The notes under the pieces were generated by a model. That model saw nothing but the letters and a program-made list of their open reading frames with translations, ran no database searches and was not told the DNA's origin. 64,000 nt of DNA from a virus: IMG/VR virus record IMGVR_UViG_3300027969_000047; one strand, written 5' to 3'. Positions 37,811 through 47,218 of this stretch are shown in pieces. How positions within the stretch are numbered: the stretch's first letter is position 1; each line of letters starts with the position of its first letter. Position numbers and translations under genes: made by a program.

Positions 37811-37866
37811 AGTATACAACAGAACCGAGGTCCTGTCAAGTGTTTTTTTGTTGTATTTTTACAACA
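37811..37866 (-). promoter_or_regulatory. Sigma70 promoter TTGACA-N17-TATACT with upstream palindrome TGTTGTA-N4-TACAACA
   Basis: -10 at 37811-37816; -35 at 37834-37839; palindrome at 37849-37866. Confidence 0.85.
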
Positions 37867-39444
37867 TCATGGCTTGTAAAATATGAAAATTGGTTCGTAT
37901 TTCAGCCACATATCACCTTTAATCTTACAGAAGTTTTTCGCTTTTGGCAAGCCAGTCTCTGTATCGATTCGATTACCACCTGGCATTTGTGCGAGTGCCA
38001 TTTTCAACTTACCTTGATACTGCATACCAAGACTTGTCAGAATGTCCATTGAGTCTTGCTCAAGTGGTAACATGTCACCATCGAAGACTGCATCTGCAAT
38101 GTTCCATAAAAGATATCTATCATTCTTCAAGTACTCTACACATGTTTCAAGTGTCTTACGAAGAAAACCTTCTCGCCACAAATCGTATTGAGAGAACTTT
38201 TTGTATGACTGTTCTTCATCTTCAGAGTAAGCCTCTTTCGCAAAGTATGGTGGTGAAGTAAAGATTAAGTCTAGCTTACCTTTGTACTTTTGAAACTTAG
38301 GGTCTTTGCTAATCTCTTCAGAGCCATGTTGAAAGATTTCGTATGTGTGTGTTTTTGGGTACAGTGTTCCTATTGCTCTTGTAGTTTTTGTATTAAAGAA
38401 GTCGGCGAACTCGTGATACTTTGTACGACCGATTGAGGTATCATGGTCTCTATTAGGGTCTGTTCCGATATAATGTATATTACGCTCATCGTCAATAGAC
38501 ATAGCGCCAAGCAAGCGCCCACCCCAACCAGAAGATGGGTCGTAAATATTGATTTGGTCTTGGTCTTTAAATTCATTAGTGTATCGTTCATAGAGATATT
38601 TCGCAGTCAATGGTGGAAAGTTTACAGCATATTGACAGAAAGAAACACGAAAGGCTTTCAATCCAACAGGAAAAAGTTTTTGTCCTTTTTCAAACATTCT
38701 AATTCTAAACATTTTTGCGTTTTTGTATTCGATGTTTGTAATGCAGTGTGCAGGTATTGGAAGAGTATCAATCTCATCACGGGTGAGTGTGATGTATTTG
38801 TTGTTCTTCAACTCTTCATTGTAACCAGTGTATTCTTTATCTTCTTCAGTCGATTCAAGCCAATAGTCATGCGTATCATATCCACGCCATTGAGTCTCAA
38901 AATGTTCAATGAATTCTTTTGCAGATTTTATTTGATTTGTGATTGAGCCAATTTTAATTATTGCACCAATCTGAACTGGTGTAGAGTAATGATAGAATGA
39001 ATCTCTCTTGAAGTGTCTGCTTGCATAAGTGACAAAAGTGTCAAGCAATTCATCTTTAGCAAAGTAATCGTAAATCGATTTACCTTTGTTCACATCTTTG
39101 GTATAGTTGATGCGAGTCTTCATCATTGTTGGGAACCACTGATTAACAGCATTGCCAATTACACTTGTGTTTCGAATCACATCTTCTTCACCTGTCAATA
39201 CATCTTTTACAAGAAATTCATTCACACGAAATGAAGTCATTTTATTGAATTGATTTACAATCTCATGCTCATCATAACCAACTCTAGGCGGTTGACCTTT
39301 CTCATCCCACAACTCAACAACAGTTTTACGAAGGTCGATTACCCATTGGCGAAATTCATCTTTGGTCATCCAAAGAACTTCTTCAAATGTCTTATTGACA
39401 TTCGATTCTATTAATTCTCGATTCTTCTCATAAAAATAATTCAT
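37867..39444 (-). CDS. SAM-dependent DNA amino-methyltransferase-like protein
   Basis: YDPSSGWGGR (motif I) and FTSPPYF (motif IV). Confidence 0.85.
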   Translation of the reverse strand: MNYFYEKNRELIESNVNKTFEEVLWMTKDEFRQWVIDLRKTVVELWDEKGQPPRVGYDEHEIVNQFNKMTSFRVNEFLVKDVLTGEEDVIRNTSVIGNAVNQWFPTMMKTRINYTKDVNKGKSIYDYFAKDELLDTFVTYASRHFKRDSFYHYSTPVQIGAIIKIGSITNQIKSAKEFIEHFETQWRGYDTHDYWLESTEEDKEYTGYNEELKNNKYITLTRDEIDTLPIPAHCITNIEYKNAKMFRIRMFEKGQKLFPVGLKAFRVSFCQYAVNFPPLTAKYLYERYTNEFKDQDQINIYDPSSGWGGRLLGAMSIDDERNIHYIGTDPNRDHDTSIGRTKYHEFADFFNTKTTRAIGTLYPKTHTYEIFQHGSEEISKDPKFQKYKGKLDLIFTSPPYFAKEAYSEDEEQSYKKFSQYDLWREGFLRKTLETCVEYLKNDRYLLWNIADAVFDGDMLPLEQDSMDILTSLGMQYQGKLKMALAQMPGGNRIDTETGLPKAKNFCKIKGDMWLKYEPIFIFYKP

Positions 39445-40181
39445 GCAACATTCCATATTAGGGCACCAGCAGTGCCATGTTCTTTAACGAAGGACCACAC
39501 TTTTGCATCATAACACACTTCCGATGGGTATGGGGGCAAATGTTCTAGCTTACATACTTGGTCAAACTTATATGGTGAACGATATGCTGTCGCTCTACCA
39601 ATCTCTCTCTCATTCATAACATGACCAGTCATTACAATGTTTACATTAGCATCTGGCCATGCCATTTGAAGACCTCTTGACAATGTACCTGAACTGGCAA
39701 CAGTCCATACTTCTTTTGGCACAATTGGCAAAGACTTTGCTACTTTAACTATTGATGCCAATACAGTTGGGTGTTCTAAACCTAGAGGAAGAATTCTACG
39801 ATTGATTGTATCTTCTTCATAGTATTTTTTTGCTTTTGACAAAGTGACATTTAGCATACCCATCTTCACCCAATGAATCGTTCCACCTAAGTCAAGAACT
39901 TTTTGTTGTTGCTCAGTTGGAGTTTTTCTTTCAGCCATGAAGAAGGTTGCTTTCTTTCCATATCTATTACAGACTGCTGTAAGTGAGATAGGACCCCAAC
40001 CAACTTTATTCGCACCACCAAAGACCCATTCAGTTGCAGGGTCTGTCTTAACCAAGTAATCAATGAATCTTACTTTGCTACCATACCCTAACAAGTCATC
40101 ACGAAGTACATTGAAACCTTCATGCAATTCAATAACTGGTTTTGGGTTTGGGTCTTGCCAATCTTCAAATGATTCTATCAT
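39441..40181 (-). CDS. PLP-dependent fold-type II enzyme (ACC deaminase/cysteine desulfhydrase-like)
   Basis: VLRDDLLGYGSKVR (Schiff-base Lys), VASSGT, YDAK. Confidence 0.82.
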   Translation of the reverse strand: MIESFEDWQDPNPKPVIELHEGFNVLRDDLLGYGSKVRFIDYLVKTDPATEWVFGGANKVGWGPISLTAVCNRYGKKATFFMAERKTPTEQQQKVLDLGGTIHWVKMGMLNVTLSKAKKYYEEDTINRRILPLGLEHPTVLASIVKVAKSLPIVPKEVWTVASSGTLSRGLQMAWPDANVNIVMTGHVMNEREIGRATAYRSPYKFDQVCKLEHLPPYPSEVCYDAKVWSFVKEHGTAGALIWNVA

Positions 40182-41256
40182 GTAATTTTTTCTCAGTTTC
40201 TATATCAACAACAAGATGAATTCTTTCTTCATCTCCACCATTCACTGCCATGTGTGGTTTTCTTGTATCAAGAAACCAGCACTCATTTTTTGACATATGA
40301 ATTTTTTGTTCATTACCTTTTGTTCCCCACACAGTAAAAACAACATCATCATTTGTCTTGATTGGGAAATGAAGTCTTGCTACTTTACCAAGTGAACCAC
40401 CAGAGTCAGGGTCTACTTGGTCAGTGTGTCTCTCTAACTCTCCACCGCCAGGTTTCAATCGCATGAATCTCACACGATGAACCTTATCACCAAATTCTTT
40501 TAACAACTCTCTGACTTCAGGAAACACATCATACAATACAGTGTCTTGCAATTCGAAGTTAACATCTTTGTTCTCTTCTTTCCATTTGTCATTCATCTCA
40601 ATTGGCTTAGTGATGAATTCAGGTTCTGGTCTGTATCCACGAAGTGACAATGCACCCCATGATTTGCCTTTGTTGTAGTTGCTGTAATGATTTGTGAACT
40701 CAGGCAACTTCTGCAACTTCTCATAAATTCCTTGAATCAATTCAGGATTCACATCACCAATCTTCTTGATTGATGTATACTCTGCCTTATCGATTACAGG
40801 AAATGGTCTAGCCATTCCTCTGTAGTATATCATATACATCTCACCAAATGTGGTAATCTTTGGACCTACTTGACAGAAACCACAAGTGTGAGCAAGCGCA
40901 TTCATCTCAACATCTTCTGCCCAAACATACATCCAACAATCATCACTGTAGTTGTTGATTCTTTTCTCTAACTCAGCAACATCACCAGTCATGCTACCAA
41001 AAGTAATATCACCTTTTTTCTTGTTTGCAATGACAGTCTTACCATGCATTGTAATTGGCGAAGATGTTTTCGAGATTGATATCTCAATCATTGTATCTTC
41101 TGAAAGAATATGAAGTGAGCCATCATCTAACATACTTGCAATGTTGTTCTTCTTTACTTGAGTAAAAGGTCCGAGAGTGAATGAGTTATACTTCTCAAAC
41201 TTTCCTGCTAGACCTTTGAGGTAGTCTAATTCAAAACCTTTTTGCCATTCTTTCAT
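40165..41256 (-). CDS. GNAT-like N-terminal domain + Asp/Asn beta-hydroxylase-type 2OG-Fe(II) domain
   Basis: C-terminal RFMRLKPGG..HTD...RLHFP...H..VN...RIHLVVD; N-terminal WMYVWAED..NALA..GF..VG. Confidence 0.75.
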   Translation of the reverse strand: MKEWQKGFELDYLKGLAGKFEKYNSFTLGPFTQVKKNNIASMLDDGSLHILSEDTMIEISISKTSSPITMHGKTVIANKKKGDITFGSMTGDVAELEKRINNYSDDCWMYVWAEDVEMNALAHTCGFCQVGPKITTFGEMYMIYYRGMARPFPVIDKAEYTSIKKIGDVNPELIQGIYEKLQKLPEFTNHYSNYNKGKSWGALSLRGYRPEPEFITKPIEMNDKWKEENKDVNFELQDTVLYDVFPEVRELLKEFGDKVHRVRFMRLKPGGGELERHTDQVDPDSGGSLGKVARLHFPIKTNDDVVFTVWGTKGNEQKIHMSKNECWFLDTRKPHMAVNGGDEERIHLVVDIETEKKLHDRII

Positions 41257-41840
41257 TCTACTTGTTCCTGAACTTTAGGTTGAGTCGCTAATCTTCTCTT
41301 AATGTCTACAAGCATTTTCTTTTGTTTCTTTCTAGCCATCTGAACTTTTAGCTGACTAACTTTCTCAACAAAACGAACACCATTCATATGGTCTAATTCA
41401 TGCATGTAACATTGTGCAGTCATGCCTTCAAATCTTTTTTGAATTGTAGTTCCATTGGCATCTTCATATTCTGCTATGATGTATGTAGGCCGAGGAACTT
41501 TCAATGTCATTCCTGGAAAAGAAAGACAACCTTCAGGCTTAATTGTTTCTGGTCCAGTCTCAACGATACGAGGATTGAAACAAACGATATCTGGCATCAT
41601 CACAAAAACACGAAATGGTAATGCACATTGATTTGCAGAGAGACCAAGACCATTGTAATGTTTCAATGTTCTAAGCAATCTTATCGACAAAGACTTTGGA
41701 TCAATCGGTGGATTGACAAAGTTAAAATCAGGCATTCTCATTTTCAGTAATGGAAGATGTTCATCATACACATTGTATGGTTCGTAACTTTCAATTACTG
41801 GTGTTGGTGCTTTTGTGTTAATTACTAGTACTTCACTCAT
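41253..41840 (-). CDS. def: Peptide deformylase
   Basis: GLGLSANQ, EGCLS, HELDH motifs. Confidence 0.93.
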   Translation of the reverse strand: MSEVLVINTKAPTPVIESYEPYNVYDEHLPLLKMRMPDFNFVNPPIDPKSLSIRLLRTLKHYNGLGLSANQCALPFRVFVMMPDIVCFNPRIVETGPETIKPEGCLSFPGMTLKVPRPTYIIAEYEDANGTTIQKRFEGMTAQCYMHELDHMNGVRFVEKVSQLKVQMARKKQKKMLVDIKRRLATQPKVQEQVE

Positions 41841-43549
41841 TTTGCTATCCTCGAAAAGTTTTTGACTTTCTCAAACTTAATAATGTTTCTAAATTTATCT
41901 TGCAGTATGTCACCCTTATGTGAGATGACAAACAGATTCACACCCTCAAGAAGATGCAGAATTTTCATCAAATCATCTGTGCCATTTGTATCTAATGATG
42001 AATCGAATATTTCATCAAGTATCAGTAGATTGGTGTTTGCTGAGTTTTTCAACTTAGCAACAGCCCGCCATGTCAACATCAGTGCCATATCGATTCGTTG
42101 TTTCTCACCTTCTGAAAATGATTCATAAGTGAAATCATCACGATGCCTTGACTTGATTGTTTCTTTGAAGTTCTCATCAAGTGTGAAGTTAACAAAGAAG
42201 TCCATCGAAGCCAAATACTTGTTCACCAACTTGTTGATGACTGGAAGATATTGCTTGATGATTTTTGTTTTGATACCAGTGTCTTTCAAAAGAATAGATG
42301 CGGCATCATAGTAAGACTTTTCATCAAGCAACACTCTCAGTCGATTCTTCAAATCACTGAGTGTTTGTTTCAAAGATGCCAATGCTAATTCTTCAGCATC
42401 TGTGGTATCTTTGGGCGACTTCAATTCTGCAATTTTAGCATTCAATCTATCAATCTGCTTGTTTGTTTCAGTGATGGCATTGTTGTTTGTTGCAATTTTT
42501 ATCTGTAACTGCTGAACAATTTTCTGCACATTGTTTATCTCACCCAATGATTTTTGCAAGCCTTGAAGTTTCGAATCTAGTTCTTTGAGTCCATGCTCAC
42601 ATTCCGCACTCTTGGTCGAAAGGTTGGCAATCTCCGTCTCTTTAAACCCGATGGCAATGGTTTGCCTACAGGTTGGACAATCGTCATTATGTTGAAAGAA
42701 ACTGATATCTTTTCTATATTTGGATACTGTGCTTTCAATTTGCGATTCAAGTTTTGTAATTTTCTTGAGTTTATCTTCCACCACAATCTTATCTGCCAAA
42801 ACTGCTTGATGCGTTTCGACTTGTACGGAGAGGTTAGCAACTTCTCCATGTAGGGTTTGTATAGTACTCTGATGGCTCTGTATCTCTTTAGCATATTCAG
42901 TCACCTTGTCTTCATTGTTCTGTTTCATGCTTGCAATAAATTTCTCTTGCATAGCAATCTTTTCATTTGATGATTCGATTAACAACTTACTATCTGAAAG
43001 ACCTTGCCTGTTCTCAGATAACTTTAACCTAACAATACCATTCATAGCAGAGAAAATCTGAATGTCTAGCAAGTCTTCAATGATTGCTCTACGGTCATTT
43101 GCACTCAACTGCATGAAAGGAGTGAACGATGCTGAACCAAGAAGAACAATCTGTGTGAAAGATTTGTAATTCAATTTGAGAATGAATTTCTCAAGAAAGT
43201 CTTGATAGTCTCTTGCGGCGGCATCTTGGTTCAGCAGTTCACCATTCTGATAGATTTCAAACACATTCGGTTTGATACCACGAATAATTTTGAACGACTT
43301 GTTGCCTGTATCGAATTCAACTTCTACAACACATTCTTTAGCATTGATTGAATTCAACAGTTGCGGCTTGTTGATTTTACGAAACGGTTTACCAAACAAA
43401 GCAAAGCACACGCCATCAAGCATTGTGCTTTTACCAGAACCATTTGCACCAACAACTAGTGTGTTTTCAAATTCATCAAAACGAATCTCTGTGAAATGAT
43501 TGCCAGTTGAGATGAAGTTTTTATATCTAAGTTTACGAAAAATTATCAT
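41837..43549 (-). CDS. 46: Recombination endonuclease ATPase subunit (Rad50-like)
   Basis: GANGSGKS, CPTC hook, SFSEGE, LDE. Confidence 0.97.
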   Translation of the reverse strand: MIIFRKLRYKNFISTGNHFTEIRFDEFENTLVVGANGSGKSTMLDGVCFALFGKPFRKINKPQLLNSINAKECVVEVEFDTGNKSFKIIRGIKPNVFEIYQNGELLNQDAAARDYQDFLEKFILKLNYKSFTQIVLLGSASFTPFMQLSANDRRAIIEDLLDIQIFSAMNGIVRLKLSENRQGLSDSKLLIESSNEKIAMQEKFIASMKQNNEDKVTEYAKEIQSHQSTIQTLHGEVANLSVQVETHQAVLADKIVVEDKLKKITKLESQIESTVSKYRKDISFFQHNDDCPTCRQTIAIGFKETEIANLSTKSAECEHGLKELDSKLQGLQKSLGEINNVQKIVQQLQIKIATNNNAITETNKQIDRLNAKIAELKSPKDTTDAEELALASLKQTLSDLKNRLRVLLDEKSYYDAASILLKDTGIKTKIIKQYLPVINKLVNKYLASMDFFVNFTLDENFKETIKSRHRDDFTYESFSEGEKQRIDMALMLTWRAVAKLKNSANTNLLILDEIFDSSLDTNGTDDLMKILHLLEGVNLFVISHKGDILQDKFRNIIKFEKVKNFSRIAK

Positions 43550-44625
43550 TCTATATTTTCTGTATTCAAGGCTTCAACATAAAGTTCACGCATGAATGTT
43601 TTCAGTTTCTCATTGTCAACATTGAGTTCTAAATTGTCAATGTATTTGGAAAGAATTGTCATTGTATCTTCTGCTTGGTCTACAATGTCTTTATCATCTT
43701 CAATAATTATCTCAGTGAAATCTTCAACAACAGAGATATCAGCTAGACCTGCTTTGTAAAGATTGTCAATCACAGTATCAAACAGATATGGGTTCTGCTT
43801 ATTAACTACAATAACTTTGACATGTGTACCTTGATATTGTGAGTAGTCATACTTTTTCCAATACTCAAAATCATGTTCACTGTCATCATAGACAATCTTG
43901 AAGAACATCTTATATGGGTTCGGAATGAATTCTATTTGACGAGTCTCTGTATCAAAGATATGAAAACCTCTTGTGTCATTATAGTCAGCCCAAGTAATCT
44001 CATACTGATTACCAAGATAGTGTACAACACCATCTGAAGACTTGTGATGAAAGTGTCCAGACAATACCATATCGAATCTATCAAACACATCTCTGTTCAG
44101 ACCTTCATGGCACACATTGCCACGGTCCATTTCAAAGCCAGAGATTTCAAAATGACCAAAGACTAATTGTACTTTAGCATCTTTCAAAAGAGCCATACTT
44201 CTATCATAGTTCTCTTCACATATCCATGGCATCAATAGAATATCAACACCATCGAATGAAACTACTTTAGGGTCATCATAGATGAATGGCTCATTCACAC
44301 CATCATATGAAGTGCAGAGATTTTGAATTGCGTTTACTTTGTTTGTGTTCTTGAAGTAGGTGTCGTGATTACCAATCAAGATGTGTGTGTCAATGCCTTC
44401 TTCCCAGAATCTACGCATGAAACGATTCTGAAAGTCAGATGCAATATTGTGATTGATAAACTTACGGCGGTCAACAACATCACCCAAATGAATACATGTT
44501 TTGATGTTGTGTTCTTTTAGGTATGGAAAGAATGTGTTTTCCCAAAACTTGAAGAAGAAGTCATTGAAGACATGACTGTCTCCACGGGCACCGAAGTGCG
44601 TATCATTTATGAGTGCAATTTTCAT
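43546..44625 (-). CDS. 47: Recombination endonuclease subunit (Mre11-like)
   Basis: DTHFG, LGD, GNHD, SGHFH. Confidence 0.97.
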   Translation of the reverse strand: MKIALINDTHFGARGDSHVFNDFFFKFWENTFFPYLKEHNIKTCIHLGDVVDRRKFINHNIASDFQNRFMRRFWEEGIDTHILIGNHDTYFKNTNKVNAIQNLCTSYDGVNEPFIYDDPKVVSFDGVDILLMPWICEENYDRSMALLKDAKVQLVFGHFEISGFEMDRGNVCHEGLNRDVFDRFDMVLSGHFHHKSSDGVVHYLGNQYEITWADYNDTRGFHIFDTETRQIEFIPNPYKMFFKIVYDDSEHDFEYWKKYDYSQYQGTHVKVIVVNKQNPYLFDTVIDNLYKAGLADISVVEDFTEIIIEDDKDIVDQAEDTMTILSKYIDNLELNVDNEKLKTFMRELYVEALNTENIE

Positions 44626-44633
44626 AGTCTCAC

Positions 44634-44662
44634 ATTATAACAAAAAATGACAAAGGTGTCAA
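44634..44662 (-). promoter_or_regulatory. Consensus sigma70 promoter TTGACA-N17-TATAAT for the gene 47 operon
   Basis: Read directly. Confidence 0.85.
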
Positions 44663-45270
44663 GAACTTTTTTCTGATTCTTTTAAGATTGCCTCTACCTC
44701 TTCTAGCGGTATCGTTTCAATGTCTTCCAATAACATTTCTTCAGGCTCAATGAATTTCTCTATGCCTTTATTGGCTGACTTGTCTTTCTTCTTTTTCTTG
44801 CTTTCTTCAAAGTTCTGAATGAATTCGGAAATGTTATCGTAGAGTATGAATGGTCTGCTTGTACCAGTGTCTTCATCGTACTCATCTTCCATGATTCCAA
44901 ATTGTTCAGTTGCTTTGTACTTCACATAGAGTTGTTTCTTCTCTTTCATAATTCGCCGTAAGAAAGCAAAGTAAATGATTTGAGTGAAGTAAGCAAATGG
45001 GTTCTTAGACTTGTCAGGATCAAAGTTATCAACATACTGAATACAGTTTTCTATACCATCAGAAATCATCTCTTCTCTGAATGAGTATGATATGAAGTTA
45101 GGTTTTCTTGATAGATGTTCTGCAATCTTCAAGAAACATGCACCAATGTAGTTTGACAGTCTAGGTTTTTCTTTATCGGTCTCTTTGGCTTCTTTGACCT
45201 TCAGACGATACTCTATGATTGCCTGTAGAAAGTCGGCATTGTTTACATAGTGTTTTGGGTTTGCGGCCAT
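44659..45270 (-). CDS. 55: Late-transcription sigma factor
   Basis: HYVNN, PNF..Y, EMISDGIE, NPFAYFTQI. Confidence 0.97.
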   Translation of the reverse strand: MAANPKHYVNNADFLQAIIEYRLKVKEAKETDKEKPRLSNYIGACFLKIAEHLSRKPNFISYSFREEMISDGIENCIQYVDNFDPDKSKNPFAYFTQIIYFAFLRRIMKEKKQLYVKYKATEQFGIMEDEYDEDTGTSRPFILYDNISEFIQNFEESKKKKKDKSANKGIEKFIEPEEMLLEDIETIPLEEVEAILKESEKSS

Positions 45271-45302
45271 AATGTTTTCCTGGTAATATTATAAAATTTC
45301 AC

Positions 45303-45332
45303 TTGACAAGATTGTCATCAATGCAGTATACT
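45303..45332 (+). promoter_or_regulatory. Opposite-strand sigma70-like promoter TTGACA-N18-TATACT
   Basis: Intergenic, upstream of gene 55, pointing against all the genes. Confidence 0.55.
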
Positions 45333-45351
45333 AACTGTGTTCCGTTTGAAG

Positions 45352-45816
45352 TTAATGTATTGGATTGTTCTTTAGGACCTCTGATACCATCTCATCATAT
45401 TCTTCAATCTCTTCTTCTCTCAACCTATTTAAAGCATATCTGATTTGTTCATCTTGCAGAATCAAACGATTCTGCTCACTATCAACAATGGTATTGTAGT
45501 GGTCAACGAGTTCTTCTTTTGGGTTCACAACTGTAAGAATATCAGCACAATGTATTTGAGCAATATTCTCTTCAATCAATTCAATTGGTAACCAAGGACT
45601 TATATGCATTGCATTTTGTCCTGTAGGCATTCTCTTAAAGACAAGACGCATTGGGTTTGAAAGCAATGCTGTACCATCAGAAGAGTCTTCAATAAAATCA
45701 GCAAGAACATCTTCTCCCGTAACTAGACGGACTATCTTGACATTTAGATTATCAGGTTTTGAGGTCAATGTTGTAGAATTTGTAATTAAATTTTTCGTCA
45801 TCGTATATTTTAACAC
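45352..45816 (-). CDS. Conserved-type T4-like hypothetical protein between uvsW and 55 (start uncertain)
   Basis: VKIVRLVTGEDV...NPM...PW. Confidence 0.7.
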   Translation of the reverse strand: MLKYTMTKNLITNSTTLTSKPDNLNVKIVRLVTGEDVLADFIEDSSDGTALLSNPMRLVFKRMPTGQNAMHISPWLPIELIEENIAQIHCADILTVVNPKEELVDHYNTIVDSEQNRLILQDEQIRYALNRLREEEIEEYDEMVSEVLKNNPIH

Positions 45817-47218
45817 GCTCTATGAAATGTTGCAATGTATAATTGGCATGTTTACCTATTCTGAAATCATCTGATATATCAAACAATACTGCCTTTTCTT
45901 TGTTTTCACCTATTCGTAAACCTCTACCTATAGATTGAAGATTCCGAATACGAGACTTTGAAGGAGAAGCAAAGATAATATTATGGAGATTGCGAATGTT
46001 GACGCCAGTAGAAAAAGTGCCATAAGAAGCAACAATAATGGCATCATTTTCTTTTTCAGTGATTGCCCTAACTGACTCACGAATCTCAACATCAGTTCCA
46101 CCAAAGACAAAAAACACTTGTCTTTTTCCTGCGGCTTCTTTGATGTTGGCATACAATTCTTTACCGTGTTTCTCAACAAATTGAAACAGAATTAGGCTAT
46201 TGCCTTTCAATGAAAGAGCAAGATTCTTAATGAATTCATTTCTTGCTTTGTTCATTACTATGTATTCAATCTCAGTATTGAAGTCCCAGTCTCTTGATTG
46301 TTTGCAAATGGCTTCAGGATATTTCAATATCAAACACTTGATGAAAAAATCTGCTAACTGTTTATTGTCAATCAGTTCTTTTGTGGTAGTGACTTGTGTA
46401 GCAGGACCAAACAGACCTTCAAGCACAAGTTTATGTGTCTGAGTTCCATCAAGTGTTCCTGTACAACCAATGCGATATTTTGAATTGACAAGACCAGTCA
46501 TAATCGTTGTCAATGATTTTGCTTTGAATTGGTGTGCCTCATCACCAAGAACAAAATCAAATTGTTCAAAGTACTCAGGTGGATTTTTATAAATCGATTG
46601 CCATGTAGTCACTGTCAGAAACTTTTCTGTGACTTTATCTTTACCTGAGTATTGTCTGTGTATGTATTCTTCTGAATCATAACCATATGATTTGAAGTCT
46701 GTGAACATCTGTTCAACCAATGATGTTGTTGGTACAATCATCAGACCTTTTCTGTTCTGCATACTGAATTGAAGAAACGATGTTATCAAATAAAGTATCA
46801 GAGATTTGCCTGATGCTGTTGGAGATATCAACAACATTCTTTTATTACGAATTGCTTGAGCAAACGCTTTGAGTTGATAGTCTCTTACTTCGTGTGGAAG
46901 GTTTAATGATAACGCCCAATCATGGGCTTCTTTCATTGAGAAGTTTTCTGTGACTTCTGAGAATCTATCAACTGAAAGAGTATACTCTCTTTCTTTAGCA
47001 AACACACGAATGTGGTCTAACAGACCATGATAGATGTGAAAACTTCTTAGGTCAATTAACCTAATCTTACCATCCCAATATCTTGATTTGTATGCTGGTG
47101 TATATTGATAACCAGGAACATAAAATGTGAAGTAGTCTGACAGTTCTTGTGCTACTGATTTCTCACATTCGATATGTAAGAATACTTCATTCACTTTTCT
47201 AATTACTAAATCATGCAC
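45752..47218 (-). CDS. uvsW: SF2 DNA helicase
   Basis: SPTASGKS, DEAH, TGT, QSIGRGLR. Confidence 0.96.
   Translation of the reverse strand: MHDLVIRKVNEVFLHIECEKSVAQELSDYFTFYVPGYQYTPAYKSRYWDGKIRLIDLRSFHIYHGLLDHIRVFAKEREYTLSVDRFSEVTENFSMKEAHDWALSLNLPHEVRDYQLKAFAQAIRNKRMLLISPTASGKSLILYLITSFLQFSMQNRKGLMIVPTTSLVEQMFTDFKSYGYDSEEYIHRQYSGKDKVTEKFLTVTTWQSIYKNPPEYFEQFDFVLGDEAHQFKAKSLTTIMTGLVNSKYRIGCTGTLDGTQTHKLVLEGLFGPATQVTTTKELIDNKQLADFFIKCLILKYPEAICKQSRDWDFNTEIEYIVMNKARNEFIKNLALSLKGNSLILFQFVEKHGKELYANIKEAAGKRQVFFVFGGTDVEIRESVRAITEKENDAIIVASYGTFSTGVNIRNLHNIIFASPSKSRIRNLQSIGRGLRIGENKEKAVLFDISDDFRIGKHANYTLQHFIERVKIYDDEKFNYKFYNIDLKT

Noticed and set aside
35233-37866. Repeated TGTTGTATTTTTACAACA as CRISPR repeats, att sites or IS ends
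   Set aside because: Only two copies, 2.6 kb apart, each tied to a promoter; no spacers, integrase or transposase
45928-46179. Membrane-like alternate-frame ORF inside uvsW
   Set aside because: It overlies conserved helicase motifs, and the hydrophobicity is a frame-shift artefact
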